From Tubulanus polymorphus (lineage: Eukaryota; Animalia; Nemertea), in the NCBI RefSeq assembly GCF_964204645.1, contig NC_134028.1:5208001-5272000 (forward strand): a DNA stretch of 64,000 nucleotides, written 5' to 3'. Within the stretch, counting starts at the first letter, position 1; each line of letters opens with the position of its first letter. Under the pieces are notes generated by a model. That model searched no databases and was not told the DNA's origin. It worked only from the letters and a program-made list of their open reading frames with translations. A program made the translations under genes and the position numbers. Positions 14,090 to 24,500 of this stretch are shown here, one piece after another.

Positions 14090-15341
14090 GTGTTTAGACG
14101 TCTCGATTGGCCTCGTCTCGACTGGTGGTCAAGGTTGCGGCTAGCACTTGAGAGCAGACACCATAGTTACGCAATCATAACATTTACCTGTCCGCAATAG
14201 AGTCGAATCGAATATACCAGCGCCACCTGGCGAATAAGTAGCCAGCTTCACATTTTGAATTGGGAGCCGGGAACCGGGAGCCGGCTACCGGTTCCCGGTT
14301 GCCGATTCGGCTCCCGATTGAAAATGATTTTCAAATATGTTGACAATATTTCAATACACATTTCAATAGCCAACTTCATATCGCTGACAAAGGTAAACCA
14401 ATTAACTAACCCGAATTAAGCATTTTCCATTAGAATTATCACCTAAACCGGGCCCAGGGCAGAAGAACTAGTAACATATAACAAATCATGCAGTACATCT
14501 TTCTCGTATCAGACCGATGATGCTCACATTGCAGTATTCTCCACTATTACATTCCCCAGAATTGACGTCATCCGCGTCTCTGTAGGCAGACAAAATGAAA
14601 TTAGGTCACCGGCGTCTCTGTAGTCAACGAGCAACAGCTGACGCTCACATCGCGCAAATGTTTGTTTTCATCATCGCGCGCAGTGACGTCACGCGGAAAG
14701 TCCAAACTTAATGGTAGAAAAGTCTACCTAAACTTTATCGTATCGGCACGAAATCTATTCGTTAACACAGATCAGACCATCCTCTTTCAATCCATACCAC
14801 TCAACGCGTAATCGAAGCCACACGAACGGAGATTACGCGCTACAAAGTTAATACGCTATGGCTTAGCCGCTTATAGTATAGAATATAGTTGCATAGTAAC
14901 TGTGTATATTGAAGTCACACGCGTGTTGTTAATTCAGACGTCTCGATTAGCCTGGTGGCCGAGGTCAGGTTGCACTCATTTCAGCAGACATAGTTACGTA
15001 ATTATGTTTACCTGCTGTCCGCAATAGAGTCGAATCGAATAAGTAGCCAGCTTCACATTTTGAATCGGGAGCTGAACCAGTAGCCGGCTCCCGGTTCCCG
15101 ATTCGGCTCCCGGTTCAAAATGGTTTTGAACCGGGAACCGGGAACCAGTAGCCGGCTCCCGGTTCCCGGTTCCCGATTCGGCTCCCGATTCAAAATGATT
15201 TTGAATCGGGAGGAAATCGTCACACGCGTGGTGTTAATTCAGACGTCTCGATTAGCCTGGTGGCCGAGGTCAAGGTTGCACTCATTTCAGCAGACATAGT
15301 TACGTAATTATGTTTACCTGCTGTCCGCAATAGAGTCGAAT
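14090..15341 (-). repeat. Extra internal copies of the right TIR / subterminal module
   Basis: The block agacgtctcgatt...gcaatagagtcgaatcgaat...agccagcttcacattttgaat occurs at ~14095-14330, ~14917-15212 and from 15219. Confidence 0.8.
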
Positions 15342-15685
15342 CGAATAAGTAGCCAGCTTCACATTTTGAATCGGGAGCTGAACCAGTAGCCGGCTCCCGG
15401 TTCCCGGTTCCCGATTCGGCTCCCGGTTCAAAAGCATTTTGAATCGGGAGCTGAACCAGTAGCCGGCTCCCGGTTCCCGGTTCCCGATTCGGCTCCCGGT
15501 TCAAAAGCATTTTGAATCGGGAGCTGAACCAGTAGCCGGCTCCCGGTTCCCGGTTCCCGATTCGGCTCCCGGTTCAATAGCATTTTGAATCGGGAGCCGA
15601 ATAAGGAACCGGGAACCGGGAGCCAGCTTCACAGGGGTTCATATTTATTCTCATACAACAATTATACAAAATGCCAGGAGTGCTC

Positions 15686-15938
15686 GAGGAATTATAATGT
15701 AAGCTCCTCAAACACGTGGACTTTCAAAAACAACTAGTCCAACCACCCTACGAGCAATTATCTAAATTAGATAATTGCTCGTAGAACCACCATAGGCGTA
15801 TAAACTATAAACGAGAGTTTATACGGCCATGGTCCAAACATAGACTCAAAAACAAAAAAGTCTATTGCCCAACCATGGGCTCAAATTGTCCATGGCCCCC
15901 GCACTAAAACCAGAGATAACCCTGGCCAAATACTCTGG
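15686..15938. repeat. Chain of seven short, different palindromes separated by A/C-rich linkers
   Basis: Hairpins at 15686-15709, 15717-15741, 15748-15784 (18 bp perfect arms), 15789-15833, 15840-15865, 15873-15895 and 15910-15938. Confidence 0.7.
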
Positions 15939-16589
15939 AAAGCGTAGGATTAAGCAATCAATCTGATTTATATTTTTACATCATTTCATTTCACAATTAT
16001 TAACTTTCAGCTTATTTTCTCAAATTTTAGTAGTAATTTTATTTCTATTAAAAATGTACTATGTATGAAATTGTACTAACTTTAAAACCACAAAAGTTAC
16101 ATGTAAGGTATTTATAAGTCTTTATATATGATACATTTCCACAACAGCTGATTTATACAATTTGCATCAATAGGAAAATAACAAAAATACACAAAGAATT
16201 GTAAACTTTGATCCATAACACTGAAAATTGGACTAGTCTGGAAGTCGTAAGATTATGAATTTGACAATTCATGAGGTCAATATAACCGACACTTTGTTAT
16301 TTTTCATGAAATATGAACCTATCATGTCAACTTTTCAAATGACATCTCAATTATCAAGAAAAATCTCAACTATATTCGATTAGGGCCTTAATAAATCAGT
16401 GTTTTATGATCGATTGACATGAACATGTCGTTTTATCCCCACAACAATAATTATACCTAAATGACAGGTATTTATGTACTCGAGGAATATATCATCTATC
16501 AGACTGGTTTGAAAAAGGTGATAAGTAAAAAAAATCAATACTTTACTACAGAAGTCCGATATTGTCTTTGTTGCTCCTGGATCTCAGTG

Positions 16590-17400
16590 TTTATAGCTGC
16601 AATTATTAAAAGAAGATATCCTGTAATGAAAAAATATTTCATTTAGAATAAATATTTTCGAAATAATTCCATGTATATCAAGTTACCTTTTATGATTGCT
16701 TGGTTATCGGCGATTATCCTATTAGTTGGTTAGTTAGTTGGCCTCATCTGTGCACTGTTCCAGTTGGTCGATTTTGGACGAGTAGTCGATCTCACACTGG
16801 GTTTTTCTCATAGTTGAAATTTAGCTGCAATGATTAAAAGAAGATATCCTGTAATGACAAAATATTTCATTTCGAATTTATCGAAATAATTTCATGTATA
16901 TCAAGTTACTTTTAATGATTGCTTGGTTCGTTATCGGCGTGGATCATCTTAAGTTTGTTGGTTGATAAGAGTTGGATTCTAGTTGGCCTCATCTGTGCGC
17001 TGTTCCAGTTGGTTGATTTTGGATGAGTAGTTGATCTCAAACTGGGTTTTTCTCATAGTTGAAATTTAGCTGCAATGATTAAAAGAAGATATCCTGTAAT
17101 GACAAAATATTTTATTTAGAATTTGTCGAAATAATTCCACGTATATCAAGTTACTTTTTATGATTGCTTGGTTACCAGCGATTATCTTATTAGTTGGTTA
17201 GTTAGTTGTCCTTATCTGTGCACTGTTCCAGTTGGTCGATTTTGGACGAGTAGTCGATCTCAAGCTGGGTTTTTTCTTATAGTTGAAATTTAGCTGCAAT
17301 GATTAAAAGAAGATATCCTGTAATTCCATATATATTAAGTTACCTTTTGTGATTGCCGGGTTGATTATCGGCGAGGGTCTCCTAAGTTGGTTGTCTAATT
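16590..17400. repeat. Tandem repeat, ~225-245 bp unit, about 3.5 copies
   Basis: tagctgcaat(t/g)attaaaagaagatatcctgtaat recurs at ~16594, 16822, 17067 and 17291. Confidence 0.85.
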
Positions 17401-17497
17401 TTACATAATTTTTGTTGTGCCTAATTATTACATCGAGATTTTGGAAATCGAAATTACAAGATAAACTTTTTTTCTTCCTAATTTATTACACTTAGTT

Positions 17498-17660
17498 TTT
17501 ATAAGATACGCATTGACTCTGCTGCTCCTGAATAAGTGTTCATAAGATACGCATTGTCTCTGCTGCTCCTGAATAAGTGTTTATAAGATACGCACTGTCT
17601 CTGCTGCTCCTGAATAAGTGTTTATGAGATACGCATTGTCTCTGCTGCTCCAGAAAAACT
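17498..17660. repeat. 41 bp minisatellite, 4 copies
   Basis: tttataagatacgcattgtctctgctgctcctgaataagtg repeated. Confidence 0.85.
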
Positions 17661-17699
17661 GTACATAATACACACTTTTGTCTCAGTTGCTCCTGATTA

Positions 17700-18145
17700 G
17701 TTGTTTATACATCTGGATATACCGTATCTATATTATAAGGTTAACTTTTTTCTGCCTAATTTATTACATCGAGATTTTGGATATCTATATTACAAGATTA
17801 ACTTTTTTTCTGCCTCTTTTAATACCGGTACATCAAGATTTTGGATATCTATATTACAAGGTTAACTTTTTTCTGCCTAATCTATTACATCGAGATTTTG
17901 GATATCTATATTACAAGATTAACTTTTTTTCTCGTAAGTCGTATGGCCCTTGAGGAATTCCATACTTTACCATTCATAATCTAAAAAAATTTTTTTTTCT
18001 TTAATTTTGATATTGGAGTAAACGGTAAAGTCGTAACGTATTGAAGGAATAGCACTCGTAAAACGTAAGTCGTATTTCGTAAAACGTAACTCGTTATTCG
18101 TAAATCGTAAGTCGTAAGTCGTATGGCCCTTGAGGGATTTCATAT
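17700..18145. repeat. ~60 bp tandem repeat followed by cgtaa-rich short repeats
   Basis: tacatcgagattttggatatctatattacaagattaacttttttctgcc units; tcgtaagtcgtatggcccttgagg at ~17932 and ~18112. Confidence 0.75.
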
Positions 18146-18238
18146 TATGTAGATTCATTATTTCATAATCTTTTTCTATCGCAAATGAGGCCGGGACCGT
18201 GTTTCAGACCCTACCCCGCGGTCGTTACTGACATGTCT

Positions 18239-18276
18239 CTACAGTCCTCCGCTCTACCAACTGAGCTGATTCCAGG
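18239..18276 (-). pseudogene. tRNA-Tyr(GTA) 5' half only
   Basis: Reverse strand reads AGCTCAGTTGGTAGAGCGGAGGACTGTAG (18267-18239), matching the eukaryotic tRNA-Tyr 5' exon. No T-arm or B-box follows. Confidence 0.6.
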
Positions 18277-18312
18277 ACGTGCTGCCCCCTATGCGGCTGT
18301 CAAAATGTAAAA

Positions 18313-20274
18313 ATGGCGTCGTTGATGGAATCGTACGAGCAGCAGTTTGCTAATTTAACTGCTGAAATAACGTCAAAGACTGTAAGGATTCCAAATTTAA
18401 CCGGCGGTAAGAAAGGAACAAGTCATTTCTTTCGTTGATTTCAATCAAAATGTCACAATGTATTTCGAAACGACTGGAAACTGCGCATGAGTATAGTGTC
18501 CAGTTCAAATGTCTGTTGATAATGATAGTCTGTGTATCCGACGTTTAGTTGAGTGACTCATTAGGTAGGGCTCGATAACACAGGGCCCAGTTTCACAAAA
18601 AGGTTTAACTCTTAAATCGATTTAATTTCTTCATTAATTCAGTTTATCTTAAATCGATTTAGGCCTTAATCCTTTTTGTGAAACTGGGCCCAGGTTATAC
18701 TGGAGGGGTTACATCGCACAGGTTGTGGGACCTTAAGGGCTAGGACTAAATGATACAACAAATACTAAAAATCCTTCGCCTAGTAAGTACTGGCAGTAGT
18801 AGCGGCCCCGCTCCACTCTTGTAACTTACTTGTGAGGTAGCATCTCTTTCTGAATTTTCAGCTGAGAAACAAACATTGTCCAGCAATGTGGAAAAATTAC
18901 TTGATGAGACACGTGAATTGGTAAGTAAAGGGATCTTGTACTGTTGTCATCCATTTAGAGAGTGTTTGGCTATAATCATGATGACGCATTTTCTATACTA
19001 TTTATTGAATTATTTCAGTTGGAGCAAATGGATCTGGAAGTTCTAGATTTACAACCGAAAGATCGCAACAAATATCAAACCAGGTTAAAAAGCTATCGAA
19101 CGGAGCTGTCCAAACTGGAAAAAGCCTTGGTAAATATCGGACCACATAGGAAATTTCTATTTTCTCATATATCGTAAAGCAATTTTCATCTTTAATGAAT
19201 GAATAATTTTCTGCTTTTAATTTCTTTATCAGAAACAATCTCGTATCGCATTCAGCGACGAAATACAATCGCGCGATGAACTGTTCGGCGATGACTCATA
19301 CAGCACTTCAGCTGATCAGGTGCGAAATATCCTAAAAAACAAGTGTAGCTAAAAATTTAACCATAACTGAGCGTATTGTTTTTCAACTATATCAGATTTA
19401 ATTCCCTCTACATGCACAGCTTTTATCAACCCTTTCCCTCACATTCACATTGGACTAATGTTCGATAACAATTTGATTATTTCCGCAGAAAACTCGATTG
19501 CTCGAAAATTCTGAACGAATGGAACGCGGATCGAAGAGATTAGAAGAAGGCTACAGAATAGCTTTAGAAACCGGTAAATATTTCATATCGACGTCTCGAA
19601 TTTGTGTTTAATTTTATGTGAATACGACATTCTTTATTCGTTTTTTTTTTTTCAATCATTCAGAACAATTAGGAGCAACGATTTTAGAGGATTTATCAAC
19701 TCAGAGGGAAAGCATACAACGATCTCGAGATAGGGTGAGAATGGGCGTTATTGGATAAAAATGTGCTTCCAAAACCACCAGATCAATGGTTTACAAATTA
19801 CAGTACCGACTTAAGATTTAATCGACAGTTTTTGAGAAGTGATAATGCAGAAACTTCCTCAAAATTTGAAATTCTCTCCTTTTAAAACTCTGTGCATGAC
19901 TGATATGAAGGGCCCTAGAAAATGACTGTTGTCAGGAGGGATGGTGTTATACGCTGAAGGTTTTTTTTGTTGAATACTCAAGATTTAAAGGTCGTTATTT
20001 TTCCAGTTACGTGAGACGGATTCAACGTTAGGACGAAGTTCGAGAATTCTCACCGGAATGATGAAAAGGTAATCAAACATGGTAATTAAACATCTTCATT
20101 ACTCGATGATGAATTACTCAATCATTAAAAGCACGTCCCGCGTTATAACGTATTACGGCATTTTTTTTCCGCTTCAGGATAATACAGAACCGATTGTTGC
20201 TAGTTATCGTCGGATTTATAATAGTCATCGTTGTGATCGTCGCGTTGTATTTCGTGTTCCGACCGAAACATTGA
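18313..20274 (+). CDS. VTI1A: Vesicle transport v-SNARE VTI1A, 8 exons
   Basis: MASLMESYEQQFANLTAEITSK..., LEQMDLEV, RLLENSERMERGSKRLEEGYRIALETEQLG..IL.DLSTQRE.IQRSRDRLRETDS.LGRSSRIL.GM, C-terminal TM IIQNRLLLVIVGFIIVIVVIVALYF, TGA 20272-20274. Confidence 0.93.
18584..18690. mobile_element. PIF/Harbinger-type MITE in VTI1A intron 1
   Basis: TIR ggcccagtttcacaaaaagg ... cctttttgtgaaactgggcc with CAG TSD; a truncated sister copy lies at ~9424-9511. Confidence 0.8.
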
Positions 20275-20380
20275 CGATTCGTCGCATTCCGTATTAGAGA
20301 CTCGCTTGACAGCTTTGGAATTGAAAAAAAGTTTAGGTATAGGTGTTGTGCAATAATAGCGTGTAACTGTGAATGGATCA

Positions 20381-20490
20381 GGGTCCAGTTCCACAGTTCC
20401 GAGTTAAGATTTGACTCTGAGTTAACTCATTGAAAATAAACTAACTTTAACTCAGAGTTAACTCTAACTCACAACTGTGGAACTGGGTCC
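20381..20490. mobile_element. Harbinger-type MITE in the VTI1A 3' region
   Basis: ggtccagttccacagtt ... aactgtggaactgggtcc; related GG(C/G)CC(A/G)GTT-ended MITEs at ~31298-31394, ~32280-32406, ~40280-40403 and ~45729. Confidence 0.7.
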
Positions 20491-21164
20491 AGGAGATAGA
20501 CATCAGGAGAGGGAGAAAAACACTTACGAGTTTCGAATCTCGCGTAAAGTAATTTGTATCGTGAAATGCAGTTCAATTATCGATATTCAGTTATTGTAAT
20601 AAAGTAACATCATCCAAAGTTTACCGTAACGATAAAAAAGTGTTGCGTCGTCTATCGTTGAATTATTTATGTAAAAAGAGATTGACATGGTTTATTGACC
20701 ATCCATTTACTTCGGAAAGATTAATGTAATATATGTATATGTAAAAAAATATTGTAGTATATAAATTATATTTATTGTAAATATATAAATACATATGTGT
20801 ATAATTGAAAAAACTGGTGTCTTTTATCTCTGGTGGTGCAGTATTTCCAAGTTTACCACTGAACTCGGAAGCTTATCCCTGCAACAGTTCCTCTGAGGCT
20901 CAGTTCTCGGCTAATCCCATCTAGAATTTTATTCTCAATGTGTGCAAAATTGTAGAATTATTATGTATTGCTTCAGAGTCATAAAACTGGAACTTTTTTA
21001 CGAATACTTAATCTAAAAACATCGAACTCACTGATTATCGCATGATTTCACTGACTTAATTTAAAGCATTGGAACATAACTATTTAAGTCATTGAGGTTA
21101 ACACTGAACTGATTACCACTAGGACTCGAACCTTGGTCGATTACCTGACGCGTTCAGCGATTCC

Positions 21165-21282
21165 ACGTGTATTTGTTTACAAATACACCAACGAGCATGC
21201 GCACTGCGAACAAAATGGCGGAAACTCTCTTGTGAAAAAAATCGCCACTTAGCAACGGTAATGCCAAAATGGCCGCCGTCTA
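21165..21282 (+). promoter_or_regulatory. DNAH3 promoter motif cluster
   Basis: Forkhead TGTTTAC (21174-21180), NRF1-like GCATGCGCA (~21195), YY1-like AAAATGGCGG and AAAATGGCCG, RFX half X-box CTTAGCAAC (21248-21256). Confidence 0.5.
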
Positions 21283-21530
21283 GTGATTTGTGTCTACTGA
21301 CTTTCTTTAGCTCGCTAAATTATGGAATTTAGCCTTAACGGATAGAGGAACGGCGATGTAATATCATCTCCTAAACGGAGAGTGGCATTTTAAAACGAGG
21401 ATTTTGATTCTATTCAAGGTCATCGTACACAGAACGGATAAAAAAACTAAAGCACTGAACAGGTTGAACAATTCAATTTAATTTATTGTTGTTTATATGA
21501 TATCGCTACATATACACATAAGGCAATAGA

Positions 21531-24500
21531 ATGGCGTTGGAGAGAGCAAAGGTGAGTTTATGATCTTAACGTCACGTCTTATAGCCTAGATCTTATAGAA
21601 AAAGAAAATGCTATCATAAGTCGGGCGTAGGTCTTCAATGTTGTGATTACATAAAAATTTCGGGCTCCTTGAAATGAAGAGCCTGGGCTATATAATGTAT
21701 GAATATGTCATGTCTATTAATATATCTCAAAAAATCTATTTTATTTCTAATTCCTAATTCTTGTTTGACAACAAATTAGGACTAAAAGTAAAGACAAAGT
21801 ATCAGGTGTTTGCTAGGCCTATAACTTTAGTTTCCTAATCTTATTTATGTTGCAACGATATTCAAAACTATGACATCTGTTTTATAACGGCCCATTTCTT
21901 ATATAGATGAATACTCCTAGCTACCACGCTTGTAGCAGAAGCAAAGGTTTACCCGGCTTACCACCTTTACCTAAAACCAGCGAAAACGAAGAACCATCCG
22001 AACTATATCAGGTTAGAGCAAGTATTTCTATCCTTTGATTTTCAGCATAACATTTCGAAATGTTTTTTAAAGAAATTTACAGTAGAATTCACGATTTGTC
22101 TTTTCAGTTGGTTTTGAGACATAGCGAGCATCCGCCTATAATGAAAGGCACGTCATGGACGCTTGCAGCTCCGTTTAAAGAACAGAAATATCACCGAACT
22201 CCCAGTGAATCAATAGCCAATAACTATACTCCGTCTGCTAATGATCTGAAGCTGAAAGATATTTCGAAAATGAAAAGAGCTTCTCATGCGCCAGGTATAT
22301 ATGTGTGTCGATTGAATGATGTTTTAGTTACTGAAATTCATTTACCATGAAGATCAAAGTTTATATGAAAAAGGTTGAAGTATTTCAACATGTAAAAACT
22401 TTTTTTGATTTGAATGTTTTTTTGGTGTAATTTGTGTAATTGGTGTAAAGTGCGTTTATTTGAAGTTTTGGTAATCCTCATTTTTTAGCAGGTACTACCA
22501 AACCACATTTATCACCTAGAGGAAAGGGGTAAGTTTGATTCAACAAATAATGCTTAAATTCATTACAACTGTAGGGTATCACTATTTTTATATTAAAGAC
22601 ATTGGAATGCGGGATCCCTAAATATTTACGGATGCCTAAAGTTGAACATAAATAACATTGTTATTTGTTTTTGGGCTGTCACAATTCTAACTCAAACCCA
22701 TCTTTGATTTATAATTTTTGTTTTTCATTTTCAATCCAGTGAAATGAATGGAGAATCGTTAGCTGATAAAGCAGCGCCCCCTAGTCGACCGTTAACTCCG
22801 ATGGAACAAATGGAGATTATGTTACACATCGAACGAGAAGATGCCGAAACTAAAGTCGAACCGGATGAACAGGATCTCGAGGTGAGGAGATTGAAACTCA
22901 TTGTCAATTGGAATGAGGAAATTATAAATTTCCCTTGAATATTGAGACTACCACTTCAGAGACAAACCAACAAAAAATCTAATTTTTGGTTTACCATGAA
23001 TGGGTTCTTATATTTTTCCGATTGTTTTAATTTTCTTTTAAAAAACTTGAACTTAAAAGAAAAGCTTTGCTTGAATAGGTTGTGTACTTGTAGCCTACTG
23101 GCAATTTTTTACTATATTTCTATAAGTATGCATTTCATTTCAGCGTTACTACTACTACATAGAGAAAGGTGTAAAGCCGGATATGATCGCGAGACAGAAC
23201 GACGACGTGATGAAACGAGTTCACAGTATGATTCCTGTATCGTTGTTAAAGAGTTCTGAACTCAACGAGTTACAAAATCAGTTATTAGTTGAAGTGAAAA
23301 ACGACTACGAGTTCAGCATCAGAAAAACCATCGGTGAGTTCATGATTGGTACTGAGTACGGGTGTTGCTTCTAGAAAAATTTCGGATTATGGGCCCCTTA
23401 TAAGTTAGTGCTTACTTTTCAGGTGAAATACTGACTTTTTGAAAATTTCTTACAATTTCCATTTACCACTTAGTCTTTCCAGTTACAACTTAATCAAAAT
23501 TTATAAGTGGTTGTTTCTTTCAAAATAGATTTTAAATTTGATTGCAAATGCATTCATGGCTTAATCCCTTAAACTTAGAAAGATGTTGGGAAATTGTTTT
23601 TGGATTCAGGAATAAGTGCTTACTTCAGCTCACAATCTGACTGTTACAAACCCTGGAAGGTATAATAGTATACACTTTGATAAAATTCAGATTTCTAGTT
23701 GGCCCTATCTACAGCTATTTAAATCAGTGTCAATTTATTTTGATTTGCAGTTGATTATATTTTGAAAGACGCGTTAGAACGCGATCGTCTACACATCAGA
23801 TCGATACCGAGTCCATTCCCTCAGAGAGTGCTACGCGCTCCAGTACCGTGGCACGACGAATATAAAATGGCGAAAGCTTTCAACGCTTCGAATTTATTCA
23901 TCAACAATCCGATTATGCTGGAATTACAGAATATCTGGTTTGATAAGTAAGTACTGATCGGTTTTGCATAATCGGGGAAATTCTCGAGAATTCATAACGA
24001 TCTCGCGATGTTCAAACTATAAATGTTCTCAATATTCGTTCTCGTAGATTTGCTGATTTGCGTTTTGTGAATTTGAAAGAGTTGCTTGCTGCTGATTTAC
24101 CGTTATTGCCAAATGAATTTGAATCGATGGTTAAGAAGCAGTGTTGGGATGCTCATGAGGTGCTAAGAAAAAGGTATTTCACACTTACCATGAGAGATAT
24201 TCAATCATATATAACTTATTTTTGGCAAAATATTATTATCATTAAAACTATCATCAGGTGTACTGCAATAAGATTATGCATTAGTAACAATTATTCTTGT
24301 TCCCTTGTAGCTGGATTCCGACTTGTGCCAAAGCTTTCATTGAGAATAAGGACTACTGGCAGGACCTCGTTCCGCAGAGCGATATAGATTCTACTCAATT
24401 GATTCAGCAGTTTTTCTCATGTGTCGCCGCTCTCATGTCTATTCAACTGCGCAGTATGGTCATCAATTCTCTCGCAGATTTCCTGAAATTCTTCGAAATT

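Noticed and set aside
21110-21150. B-box-like ggactcgaacc as a tRNA gene (also ~47356 and ~34850)
   Set aside because: No cloverleaf could be built; at most SINE remnants.
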